The position numbers were made by a program, and so were the translations under genes. The notes beneath the pieces were generated by a model. That model ran no database searches, was not told the DNA's origin, and worked only from the letters and a program-made list of their open reading frames with translations. 64,000 bases of DNA from Camelus ferus (taxonomy: Eukaryota), in assembly GCF_009834535.1 (NCBI RefSeq), contig NC_045697.1:77750001-77814000 (forward strand), read 5' to 3'. Positions 24,596 to 37,300 of the stretch are shown one piece after another. Position 1 is the stretch's first letter. Each line of letters begins with the position of its first letter.

Positions 24596-24890
24596 TTTTA
24601 ACTGAAGTATAGCCAGTTTACAATGTTGTGTCAATTTTGGTGTACAGCATAATAGTTCAGTCATACACACACATACTATATTCCTTTTCAAATTCTTTTT
24701 CATTTTAGGTTACTACAAGATATTGTGCTATACAGAAGAAATTCGTTGTACATTTTATATACAGGAGTATCTGCAAATCTCAAACTCCCAGTTCCTCCCT
24801 TCCCGCTCCCCTGCCCCCGTGGTAACCGTAAGTTTGTTTTCTTTGTCTGTGAGTCTGTTTCAGCTTTGTAAATAACTTCATTTGTGTCTT
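24596..24890 (-). mobile_element. Young 5'-truncated L1 3'UTR with a perfect 19-bp TSD
   Basis: TSD tggattctgtaagtatttt at 24577-24595 and 24891-24909. Body resembles the L1 3'UTRs at 11722 and 60025. Confidence 0.92.
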
Positions 24891-26619
24891 TGGATTCTGT
24901 AAGTATTTTGAATGTAAGGATGACAGACTCTGTCGATGAACCGGATATGGGTTGTAAGAGAAAAAGGTTAAGGATGACTATCTGTGTTTTGGCCTGAGGA
25001 AAACGATGGATGGCATTACCACCAAGGTTGAGAAGACTGAGGGAGAAGTAGGTGGGGGGAGAAAAGCCAGTTCTCTACTAAAAATGCAGGTGCGCAAGCT
25101 GTGAAGGCAACTGAAAAGATCCCAGGTGGAAATATACTTTTGAGAGTCATTGATTTATAGATGGTATTCATTGCCTTGTGATTGGAAGAGATCACTGAGG
25201 GAGTGAGTATGGAAAATGACAATGTCTTTTTAATTTTCGTATCTTCAACATCTAACTCAACACTTGGCTTTCAATAAATATTTTTTAATTAAATGAAAAT
25301 GTTTCTACTTGTCACAAAGAACAGCAAAATGCCCCCCTAGGGAAGAGCCATGAACCATATTTTCCAAACTAGTCTCTTAGCAAGTGTTAAGCTCCCTTGT
25401 TCTCCACTCATAATTTCCTGAAATTTTTTGAACATGTATTTCTGTTTGCAATTCTGTTTATTTGGATCATTATTTGAGGCCTAGCTCTTCTTCTAACCCA
25501 TGTGAGGATAGAGGCCATGTCTATTCTAGTCTTCTTTCCCCCAGCATCCAGAATGGTGTCCAGAATGTAACAGTTACTCTATACGTAGAACAAAAATGGA
25601 AAAAAAAGTTTGGAGGTCATTTTTTTGATTTACCTATTGAATAAACTCCCTTAGACTCTAAAATCTACTTTTTATCTAATGAGGAAAAACACGAAGACTC
25701 AACCTAAATCTGCGATATGAACTTGTCGCATTAAGCAGATACTCCTTCCTTCTTTGCCCATCTGCTCATTGCAATCATCGAGAGTCCACCTGGGCACTCT
25801 TCTCACTGGTCTGTATGCAGCCTCCTGTAACTGTCCCCATACACTGCCCCAGGTGTCCACTAGCACATGATCTGACTGGCATTCACAATAAAACCCATCT
25901 GCTCTCCATATAAATTAAACCAACTTTTCCCCAAGGTGGGCTAAATCCACAAAATAATATGACATTTTTGGGTACTACATCTGCAAAGTCAACATAACTA
26001 ACTAGCATCCACCTCTAGCATTCATGGTCCACCACCTCTGTGTTCTGGCTGAAAGAAAGGTCTTTGCTATCACTGGGCCAGCCTCACTTAGCAATTGCTG
26101 GTCTATGATGCTACTGTAGCAGGTGCTTCTACCACCCCGCCACCACCCTGCAAATAAAACCCACTACCTGGGGAAGGGTTCTTCTGTGTCTAGCTTTACA
26201 GTTTAGAATGTCTGTTGAGTCCTGAAGTGTTATTAAATTTCATAAAAACTCTGCTTTTCACGATGTCTGTGCTTTCCCTAATATCATGATTTCATATGTG
26301 TTAGTTTGAGGGAGTTTTTGGTCCAGTGTAGTAAGAGTAGAATACAGATCCACTGCAACTCCCAAATTACAGAACCCTCTAGCCTCCTCTCATTCCCAAC
26401 AGTTCTAACCCTGGGAAAGCAAGAAACAGGACTAGAATCTGAGTGAGAGAATTTAAGTGATCTGAAGTGCAAGCTCAGAGAGGCTGGGGGAATCTGATTT
26501 AAAAGGCATGTCTGGGTGAAGGATGCTAGTGACACTTTGGGAACTTGGTCATACAAAAGATGACATGAGGCACCAAGTCCTGGATGAATGTATGGTTGTT
26601 GTTATGGCTACTTTGGCTA

Positions 26620-26830
26620 CTACTGATTGTACATTTTCTTTGTGCTTAATAATTGTATATATTTTATTATTCAATCCCCTTACCAATCCTACAATACAGA
26701 TATTATTATTTCCCCCCACTTTACAGAAGAGGAAATTGGATGCTGAGAAATTAGGTACTCTTTTTTTTTATAACTCATATTTGAAGCCAGATCTCAGAAT
26801 TTGTGCTTTAACTGTTTACCTAGGGCCTTG
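26620..26830 (-). mobile_element. MIR SINE
   Basis: cccactttacagaagaggaaattggatgctgaga. Confidence 0.6.
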
Positions 26831-27958
26831 CTACTGATGCCACACCCTATAGTACAAGGATGGGGAAGACTAGAAAGACACAAAAATTTTACTTCCCTAT
26901 TTTTGCCTGAAGCTAGTTCCTACATGCTTCCCCACATAAAAATGGGGAGAAACCCAACTTTCTTGATCACTGTTATTTCTAACACATAGAGAGTACCTAA
27001 CAAAAAAGTGCTAATTGGTGGAATTTTTTTCCACAAAATTTTTTATGGAAGGTATTTGTGGAAGAGATAAATGACTTAGAGTCTGACACTCAAAGTCCTC
27101 ATCACATAGTATTTATTTCTAGCACAAATCTTTCCGTAAGATTTTAAATGAAGACTTTGATGAGGTTGTTTGAAAAAGAAAACATGGCATTTGATGGCTA
27201 ACTCTGGTTCTCTAGGTCACACTGCTCAGGGTGGGTTCTGTGCAGAGCCCACTGTCTGAGAGCCCCCGGTTATCAGCTTCCTGAGTGATCTCTGTGTACT
27301 TCATGGGAAGCATTGCTCTTTGCTTTCTATTCTAAATCCCAGCATAACACACTGATGATGCTGAAACAGCTGCTAGTTTCTACCCTAGAGGAATCTACAT
27401 TTCAATGATGAGCAGGAGAATTCCTATAAGTCTGAGGCAACATCCTTTTGGAGTAAGGTGAGAGGCTCTCAGCTCATCCTTACATTATGCTGTATATCAG
27501 GTGAAACATAGGGCCATCCTGGAACTCTGCTCACCAGAACTCCTAAGAGTTGAGAAAATGTCCTCCGTACTATTAGAAGTCCTATCTGTATCTATTTCCT
27601 GGTTTTGGCTCAGGTGCACCAAACTACTAAAATTTCTAGTTATGAGCGTAGAATATCTTCTAACGTTTCAGGTAACTTTGCTTTTAGCTGATAATTAAAT
27701 GAGCCTCCTATAAAAGGGTCATTTTGCTATCTTATCTAAGATGCATTATCTTTTAAGCTCTATGCTGAACTGAACATGCATCTAGTTCGTCCCTAGTATT
27801 AGCTTACTACTGAGTAAATATCAGCTTAAATGAAAATCAGTGCTATACCGTACTATTGAAAAACTTACTTGTAGCTAATTCCACATCTCTGACACTGCCC
27901 TGTCCTTGATGGAATCATTTCCTATCTTCCCTTTTGTCCCAAGAAAAGTGCCCTAGAA

Positions 27959-28164
27959 CAGTGGTTCTCAACTGGGGGCAATTATTCCCCGAGGAGACAT
28001 TTGGTAGTATCTTGAACACTTTCAGTCATTATAACTGGGGGATGCTACTGGAATCTACTTTATAGAGACAAGGGATGCTGCTAAACATCCTGTAATGCAC
28101 GGGACAGCCCCACTAAAAAAGATCCCTCCAAAAATGTCACCAGTACTACTGCTGAGAAATCGTG
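27959..28164. mobile_element. MER20 hAT-Charlie element
   Basis: cagtggttctcaactggggg...ggatgctgctaaacatcctgtaatgcacgggacagcccc. Confidence 0.88.
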
Positions 28165-28309
28165 CTCTTGAGGATATTAATATCCTGGTGACCACCATAG
28201 AGATACTCCTTCTTCATATTTATCGAATTTAGTTACATTGACATTAAAATAACAAATCTGTTATTTGTAAACAGGAGAGGAAAACATGAGCACTTAACAG
28301 AAATTAAAA

Positions 28310-28520
28310 AGACTGATTGTTAAGTGCCTACATGGTGCTGGGCATTCTGCTCATACAACTCAGTGAAAACAGTGTTGCTCTTTCCCCCATTTTACAGGAT
28401 GGAAATGAAGTTAAGAGAGAGGTTAATAAACATGCTTAAGGTCACATAGATAGAAGAGAGCAGAGCCAGGATTTGAATCCTGGCGTGACTCCAAAGTCCA
28501 TGTTCTTTCCATTACAACTT
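28310..28520 (-). mobile_element. MIR SINE
   Basis: cccattttacaggatggaaatgaag...gcagagccaggatttgaatcc. Confidence 0.75.
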
Positions 28521-29189
28521 GAGAATGATCTCTTCCCATTGGGAAGGGAAGCACATAAATAAAGTTCTCAAAATTTTCAAACTTGTCCCCAAATGACTCC
28601 TCATTTTCTGCAGTTCCTGTTCCACAGCCTGTCAGGCAGCTGACTACATCCCCTGACCTGCTATTTCCCACGTACCTCCCAAGTGCCACCCTCTCGCACA
28701 TGGGGAAACTGTTGCAAAGAGGACTCCCACATTGGTGCTGTGATCCTACCCTTTATGTAGCATTTTGAAATCTTCAAATTCTCAATCTGCCTCTCAGGCT
28801 CCTCCTACTAGCCAAGGAGACATTTCTGAAAATATGCTGTGGATGTGAATACTTTTTGCAAGTTCCTGCAGCTGATCTGAGGCTACCAGCTCCATTTGCT
28901 TGCCCAGCATTGCTTCTCTTGGATGCTTTTCCCTTCTTTCTACTTAGAACTCCAGCTCTTTCTATCGTACTTTTATTCCCAAGCTCCGCTAGGGCTGCCT
29001 CAAGCTGTTTTAAACTCCATAGCTTTAATTAACTCTGCTATGGACTCCCCCATTATCCCTCTTGATAATTAAGTATTTTCCACCAACTGTTCAGGCCAGT
29101 ATAATACTGTCATGGAGAAGTGTTCTGATGTGAAGGGAAGGGGAAGTGGCTAGGAGAGAGGAGGGGAAAGAGAAGGAGAATTGACGTTA

Positions 29190-29390
29190 ATTAAGAACAG
29201 ATTCTGGGCCAGGAACCATGCTAAGGTGTTTTACATGTTATCTCTTTAGTTCTCCCAAACTTTGAGAATGGATTATTGCTACCTCATTTTACTGATAGGG
29301 AAGTGAAAGATCAGAGATGTTAAATTACTTGACCCTAATCATTCGACAGGAAGGACTGAAATTTAGCTATGCATGAATCTAAAGCCTGTC
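29190..29390 (-). mobile_element. MIR SINE
   Basis: cctcattttactgatagggaagtgaaagatcagagatgttaaattacttg. Confidence 0.6.
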
Positions 29391-29719
29391 TTATATTTAC
29401 AATGTGAAGAATCCTTATTTCCATTAAGCAGGATCACATATTCCTGTAATGGAAGTCTAAAATCCCAGTATATGCTTTTGTTTTGTTTGTTTTACTTTTA
29501 TTTATTTTTTGTAAACATATTGCATTATAAAACTGTTTGGATTTTGTGACGTTACTGAAAACATTTTTACTTGAAAGGGATCATACTGAGAATATCTCTA
29601 CTTGGTGCATTTGGATTTTACATTTATCTGCATGACAAACATTTTATTACTTTATGCCATTATAATTTCTTGTATTTTGGGGGGGAATTTTTTTTCTTAA
29701 AAAATTTTGAAAGTTTTGA

Positions 29720-30016
29720 AAAGGTAATACAATTTGATAGGTGAAAATGGTATTTTATTACAGTTTTATTTGTACTGGCTCTAATTATGAATGAGATTAC
29801 ACATTTTTGAATATTTAAAAGCCATTTGTAAGTTGTGAACTGTCTACCCAAGTTTTGTCTGTGTTTCTAGTGGATCATTGGTCTCAGTGATTCACAGAAA
29901 TTCTTCATATATTAAGGAAATTAGCCCTTGTGATACATGTTGCAGATATTTCCCCGTTTATTGTATTTTGACCTATCTTTATGTTTTTTATGACACACAG
30001 AAAACTTTCTATTTTT
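29720..30016 (-). mobile_element. Ancient L1ME-type ORF2 fragment, continuing at 35378-35530
   Basis: Degenerate ORF2 3' sequence that is contiguous across the younger L1 insertion. Confidence 0.65.
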
Positions 30017-33000
30017 TTTTAGTTGCAGTTACATTGGCTTGCAATGAGTTTCTATGTACAACACTGTATTTTAACTTCCTGTATACATTACAGTGTGCTC
30101 GCCACCAGAAGTTTAGTTTCAATCTGTCACCTTAACAGTTGACCCTTTAACTCATTTTATGCTACCCCCCCTCCCCACCCCTTTCCCCTCTAGTAACCAC
30201 AGATTTGTTCTCTGTATCTATGGGCTTGTTTTTGTTCTGCTTGAATGTCTGTTTATTTAAAATATTCCACATATGAGTGCAGTCATGTGGTACTTGTCTT
30301 TCTCCATCTGATTCGCTTCACTTAGCATAATACCCTCAAGGTCCATCCATGCTCATGTTGTTGCAAATGGCAAGATTTCACCTATTTTTGGGTAAAATTA
30401 GTATTTTGTTACATATGTATATATCACATGGTCTTCATCCATTCATCTGTCTATAGGCACTTGATTGCTTCTGTATCTTGGCTATTGTAAATAATGCTGC
30501 AGTGAACATAGGGGTGCATATGTCTTTTTGAATTAGTGGTTTCATGTTTTCATTCTCCAAATACCCAGAGTGGAATAGCTGTATCATTTGGTAGTTTTAT
30601 TCTTAATTTTTTAAGGAATCTCCATACTGTTCTTCATTGGGGTTGCACCAATTTACATTCCCACCAACAGTGCATGAGGGTTCCCTTTTCTCTACATCCT
30701 TGCCAAAATTTGTTATTTCTTGCCTTTTTAATGACAGCCATAAGATGGCATGGGTATGAGATGTTATCTCTTTGTGGTTTTGATTTGCATTTCCCTAATA
30801 ATTAGTTCAACAGCTTTTCATGTGTCTGTTGGCCGACTATATGTCTTCTTTGGAAAAATGTCTATTAAAATTCTCTGCTTATTTTTTAAACAGGTTGTTT
30901 GGTCTTTTGTTGTTGAATTGCATGAGTTATTCATATATGTTGAATATTAACCCCTTACTGGCTAAATGGTTTACAAATATCTTCTCTCATTCAGCAGGTT
31001 GTTTTCATTTCTAGTTGATGATTTTCTTTGCTGTGCAGAATTTTTAGTTTGATGTAATCCCATTTGTTTATTTTTGCTTTTGTTTCCTTACCTGAGGAGA
31101 CAGATACAGAAAGATATTGCTAAGACTGATGCCACAAAGTGTACTGCCTATGTTTTCTTCTAGGAGTCTCACAGTTTCAGGTCCACATTCAAGTCTCCAA
31201 TCCATTTAGAGTTAATTTTTCTGTGTAGTGTAAGACAGTAATCTTGAATCTTCCTTTTGCATGTCGCTGTCAGTTTTTTCAACACCATTTATTGAAGAGA
31301 CTATTCTTTCTCCATTGTACATTCTTTTGCTCCTTTGTTGTAAATTAATTGACCATATATGCATGGGTTTATTTTTAGACTCTCAATTCTGTTCCATTGA
31401 TCCGTGTGTCTGTTTTTCTGCCAAAAGTATGCTGTTTTGATTACTATAGGTTTTTAGTATACATTGAAATCAGGGAGTTATAATATCTCCAGCTTTGTTC
31501 TTTTTTCCCAGGATGGCTTTGGCTATTTGGAGTCTTTTGTGTGTGGTTCTATACAAATTTTAGAATTTTTGGTTCAAGTTTTGTGAAATATGTCATTGGA
31601 ATTTTGATGGGGGTTGCTCTGAATGTATAGACTGCTTTAGGTAGTATGGACATTTTAACAATATTGATTCTTCCAATTCATGAGTACAAGATACCTTTCC
31701 ATCTATTTGTGTCTTCCTCAGTTTCTTTCAACACTGTCTAAAAGTTTTCAGTGTACAGGTATTTCACCTCTTTGGCAAAATTTTATTCTCTTTGTTGTGA
31801 TTGTAAATGGGATTGCTTTCCTAATTTATCTTTCTGCTAATCTGGCCCTAGATTTTGTTTTTGGGGAGATTTTTGATTACTGTTTCAATCTCCTTACTAG
31901 TCATCATTTTATTGAGATTTTCTATTTTTTCAGGATTCAGTATTGAAAGGTCATATGATTCTCAGAATTTATTCATTTCTTCTAAGTTGTCCAATTTGTC
32001 CAATATTCATGGCATTCTCTTATAATCCTTTGTATTTCTATGGTATCTGTTGTAATTTCTTCTTTTTAATTTCTTCTTTTAATTGAACCTTCTCTCTTTT
32101 TTTCTTAGTGAATCCAGCTAAAGGTTTGTCAGTTTTGATTATCTTTCCAATGAACCAGCTCTTAGTTTCATTGATATTTTCATTGTCATTTTAGTCTCCA
32201 TTTATTTCTGCTCTGATCTTTATCTTCTTTCTACTGACATTAGCGTTTATTTTTCTTCTTCTAGTTCCTTTAGGTGTAAGGTTACATTGTTTATTTGAAA
32301 TTTTTCTTGTGTGGTTTTTTTTTTTTTTTTTTTTGAGGTAGGTCTGTATTGCTGTATATAAACATCCCTCTTAGGACTGCTTTTGCTGCATCCTATAGAT
32401 TTTGGTATGTCATATTTTCATTTTCATTTGTTTTCAAGTTTTTGAAAATTTCTCCTTTGATTTTTTATTGAGCCATTAGTTGTTCAGAAGCATGCTGTTT
32501 AGTCTCATATTGTTGTGATTTTTCTCCAGCTTTCTTCTTGTAATTGATTTCTATTTTCATACCATTGTGGTTGGAAGAGATGCACGATATAATTGTAATT
32601 TTCTTAAATTTATTGAAACTTGTTTTGTGTTCTAACATAAGGGCTATTGTTGGGAATATTCGATATACACTTGAGAAGAATGTGTTTTCTGCAGCATTTG
32701 AATAAAATGTTCTGTATAAATTTATTAAATCCATCTAGTCTAATGTTTCATTTAAGGTTGTTGTTTCCTTGATGAATTTCTGTCTGGATAATCTATGCCA
32801 TTGACTTAATGGGGTGTTGAAGTCCCCTACTAATATCATGTTACTGTCAATTTCTCTCTTTAGGTCTGTTAATATTTGCTTTATATATTTTGATGCTCCT
32901 ATGTTAGGTGCACATATATATTATAGTTACATGGCTTCTTGATGAATTGTCCCTTTTATCACTATATAATGTCTATTCTTGTCTCTTGTTATCTTTTTCG

Positions 33001-35377
33001 GTTTGGAGTCTAGTTTTTCCTGATCTGAGTATGGCTACATGTGCTTCTTTTGGCTGCCACTTTCTCAGAATATCACCTTCTACCCCTTCACATTGAGCCT
33101 ATGTTTACCTGTAGAGCTGAGATGAGTCTTCTGGAGGCAGCATAAAATTGGGTCTTGTTTTTTAATCCATCCAGCCACTCTGTGTCTTTCAGTTGGTGAA
33201 TTCAATTCATTTACATTTAAAGTGATGACTGATACAGGAGGACTTAGTGCTGCCATTTTACCTTTTGTTTTCTGGTTGCTCTATATCTCCATTGTTTCTT
33301 AGTCTTTGAGCTTTTGTTTGTCATTTTAGTTTGGTGATTTTCTATAAAATTTTCCTCAGTTTTTTTTCTTTTTTTCATGTCTCTGCTCTAGATTTATATG
33401 TTATTATTGCTATAAGGTCTGTATAAAATATCTCATAGATAAAATAGTCATTTTTCTACTGACAGCCTCTTACCTTTATTTGCCTATACCAAGTCTATCC
33501 TTGTCCTTTTCCCCTTGTATGTTCTTGTTGTCTCAAATTAGCCCTGTTTATGTTGTACTTTTGTTACCAAATTGAAGTAGCTATAATTATTTTTACTGCT
33601 TTTTTTCCTTTAAACTTTATGCTATATTTAACAATCTATTTTGATACATAGATTTGTATTTTTATAATTCTGTCTGTCTACTTATCACCTTACTCAAAGT
33701 TTTGTGTAGTAATGAACTGCCTCAGCTTTCGTTTGGGAAAGGCTTTATTTCTCCTTAACATTGGAAGGATAACTGCTGGATGGAGTATCCTTAGCTGACA
33801 GTTTTTATCTTTCAATATTTAGAGTAGGTCATCCCACTCTCTCCTGACCTGTAGAGTTTCAGAGAAATATGCTGGTAGTGTAAAGGCAGTTCTTTTGTAA
33901 GCTTTTTACCCCTGTCTACCTTTGAATTTTTTTCTTTGTCATTGACTTTTGACAGTTTTAATATAGTATGTCTTGGAGAAGGTCTTTTTGCATTGAAATA
34001 ATTACATGTTCTCTTAGCTTCATAGACTTGTATATCCAGTTTCTTCCCCAGCTTTAGGAATTTCTCAGCTATTATTTCTTTAAATAAATTCTCTGCTCCT
34101 TTCACCCTCCCCTCTTCTTCTGGGATACCTATTCCCTAATCTTGCCCTTCTAAAAGAGTTGGATATCTCTCGTAGAATTTCTTCAGTTTTTCTAACTTTG
34201 AGCTGACTAATTCTCTCTTTCATAGGTCTGCTCTATTTCCAAATGCATTCTTCATCTCATTTAATAAGTTCTTCAGCTCCAGAATTTCTGTTTGGTTGTT
34301 TTTTAGAGTTTTGATCTCTTTGGTAAGAGATCAAAGAGATCTCTTCTGTTCTTTACTTTTTTTCTTGAGCTCACTGAACTGCCTTTCTGAGTTTTCTCGT
34401 AGCTCACTGAGTTTCCTCACAACAGCTATTTTAAGTGCTCTATCAGTTAGACTGCTATCGCTGTGACTTAAAGTTTGGTTTCTGGACAACTGTTATTTTC
34501 TTTTCGTGATACTGTGTTTTCGTGGCTTTTCATGGTGCTTGATGAGTTGTTCTTCTGCTGGCGTGTTTGAAGTAGCAAACATCTTTCATCCTTAGGTAAA
34601 GCTTTTTTCACTTGATTCTGACAGTTCAACAAACTGGTAATTAGAGATCTTTCTTTTGTTTTTCAGTAGGTGGGGCTATAGCACAAATTTTTGGTTTCTC
34701 TTACCTGAGCTGCTGTTGGCTACATTTGAGAATAGGCACTTTCCACCCTCTAATTCCTCTGCCAGACATGTCACTCTGTGCCCCTCTTTGTTGCTGCTTG
34801 TGCCCCCAGGGTTGCTTGAGTCTTGCTGCTGCTGGTGTTGCTGCGATTGCTGGCACTGCCACCCAGGGAACTGGGATGGTGGGTGCCTCCACCACGTCTG
34901 GGTCATGGGCACTGCAGCCATGTGGGGAGGGGAGAAGCCGGGTCATGAGCATCTCTGCTATGACTGAGGTTGTCAGGTTCACAGGTGCCTCTGTGACTGG
35001 ACAGACCAGGGTCACAGGCCCCTCTGCTGCTGTTACTCAGTTCCCTGCGGCCATGGGTGCCTCTGTGGTTGGGAGGCCAGAGTCATGTGTGCTGTCTTGC
35101 CTCCTACTGCTACTGGGTTCTCTGGGGCTACAGGCTCACCTGCTGCGGCTCTGGGGCCAGGATTGCAGGTACCACCTTAGCTGTTTTCCTGGTTCTGCCT
35201 CCTCTGTGTGTTCCAATCCACCCATCTTTAGATGTAAGATGTGTGGGATTCTCCAGCATCCTGGGGTGGTGGGCAGAGGCACTGTTGTTGGGTTAGGGAT
35301 GTTTTACTGGTTGTAAATTGAATGGGAGGGACAAAGGGAGCATCTCATGCTGCCATGATGCTGATGTCATTATCCAG
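30017..35377 (-). mobile_element. Near-full-length L1 (5'UTR, ORF1, spacer, ORF2, 3'UTR) with an internal RT-region deletion at ~31840
   Basis: 5'UTR ~34600-35377, ORF1 remnant (AENLFKEIIAEKF...PSPRHTILKL), EN remnant (MDLINLYRTF...NHNGMKIEIN). TSD aacttt[c/g]tattttt at 30003-30016 and 35378-35391. Confidence 0.9.
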
Positions 35378-36207
35378 AACTTTGTATTTTTATGTTGCTA
35401 ATTTATCATTCTTTTCTTTTTTGACCTCTGAGTTTTGTAATATAGTTGAAAAGCATTTTCCCTACTTAAAACCATATGAAGATCATTTTACATTTTCTTC
35501 TAGTATTTTAACACATTTCTTTTTTAACTGTCGTCATTTTGACATGATTTTGTGATAGCCTCTCAAAGAATCTCCCTACCTCCAGCCCTTGGACACCTTG
35601 AATCCATTTTTAACACTATGGCCACAATTATCTTTAAAATGCAAGTTGGACCCTGTTACTTTTCTGCTCAAAATAGTGCATGATTTCCATAACCCACAGA
35701 TAGAGGTGAGCTCCTTAACGTGTCACACTCAGTGATGTGAATGCTATTTTCCCCCCCATAGGCTGTTCCAGAGACCACTCTGTTCTCTCTCATTTCCATG
35801 ACTATTCATAGATGTTCCTTCTGTCTGACAACTTTGGCTTATACCACTTAAGTCCATCTCCTTGGACAACCCTTGTTAACCCACCACTGATTTGTTCAGC
35901 TGTCACCTCTTTCATGAAGCCTCCCCTGATCTCTGCCCAAGGTAAATCTATGCACTTTTATTATGTATTCCTCAAGTTGTGGCATTGGCTGGTTTACTTA
36001 TCTTTTCCAGTGTTGCTCCTTATGCCTCTGGGGTCGCTGCGTCAGCTGTGAAACCATCAGCGGCAAGGCACCAGTAATCCTAGATGCACAAGCTGCAAGG
36101 GCCCTGTTTCATTAATGTTTGCATTCCCAGTACATACACATATTTTAGAACATAGCAACAGCTCAACAATGGTTTTCTGAAATGAAATGAAGTTCCTTGT
36201 TTTGTTT

Positions 36208-36396
36208 CAGTGTTACTCAAAGTAGGATTAAGAACCACTTGCATTAGAATAACCTGAGGTGCTTATTAAAAAATGGAGGCCATTGGACCCATCCCAGACA
36301 TATCAAATCAGAGTCTCTAGGGATGAGGTGCAGAAATCCTCCTTTTTGTTAATCCCCTAGGTGATTCTTATTTACTCTAAAGTTTGAAAATCACTG
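36208..36396. mobile_element. MER5A hAT-Charlie element
   Basis: cagtgttactcaaagt...aatcagagtctctaggg...ggtgattctt...aaagtttgaaaatcactg. Confidence 0.8.
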
Positions 36397-36959
36397 TTAT
36401 TGCTTAGACTTACAAATGGCTTTTAAACAGGACACATGAGAATGGGGGACCACTTGGAGAAAAAAAGTACGAATATTTTAATGAGGGGGAAGGTAAATAA
36501 ATTTGTGGTAGGTCCATAAAATGCAATAATATACAACTGTTATAATTGACGAGCTAGATAGATGTTCTCTTATAAAAAGTTCTTTAAGAGCTATTGTTAA
36601 TTTAGAAAAAGACCAAAGGCAGTACCATGTGGTTATACATATGCTCAGAAAACCTTCTGGAAGTTTACACAGACAATTGTTAATAATGCTTACCTCTAGG
36701 GAGTGAGTGGAGTGCCTGGGCAGTTGTAAGCTTGTATCATTATCTGTACTCTTCTAGCTACACTGTGTGAACTTTTTCATGTGCCTTTTTTACTTTTATA
36801 ATAACATTATTTAAATTTAAAATCTTTCTTGATGATTCACAAGTTAAAATGTTAAATTACTTTTCCATAGTATATCATTAATTTTTTTTTCTATTTCTAA
36901 ACTTGGCAACAAGTAATTCAGTGAAGGAAGCTCAGGCTCTGATAATCAAAAAAACCTGG

Positions 36960-37300
36960 CTTTTTAAAAAAATTGAGGTTAACTTCACACAACATAATAT
37001 TAACCATTTTAAAATGAACAATTCAGTGGCACTGAGTGCATTCACTGTGTTGGGCAAGCACCACCTCTGTATAGTTCCAAAACATTTTCAGTGCAGTTTC
37101 ACTGGAAGCCAACAATCTGTGTTCTGTTTCTATGGATTTACTTATTCTGGATATTTCATACAAATGGAATTGCACCACATGTGATGTTTTATGTCTGGCT
37201 TCTTTCACTTAGCAAAATGCTTTCTAGGTTCATCCACATCGTAAAGCATGTATCAGGACTTCATGCCTTTTTAAGGATGGATAATATTCTATTATATGGA
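36960..37300 (-). mobile_element. Old L1 3' end, internally deleted
   Basis: cataatattaaccattttaaaatgaacaattcagtggca...tggatttaccttattctggatatttcata. Confidence 0.8.

Larger units (their letters stand above)
23670..25230 (-). mobile_element. L2 with nested hAT and L1 insertions
   Basis: cattcaacaaatatttattgagtgtctactatgtgccaggcactg, then contiguous L2 body around both insertions. Confidence 0.85.

Noticed and set aside
34656..35555. 196-aa and other ORFs
   Set aside because: These are chance or antisense frames in an L1 5'UTR.
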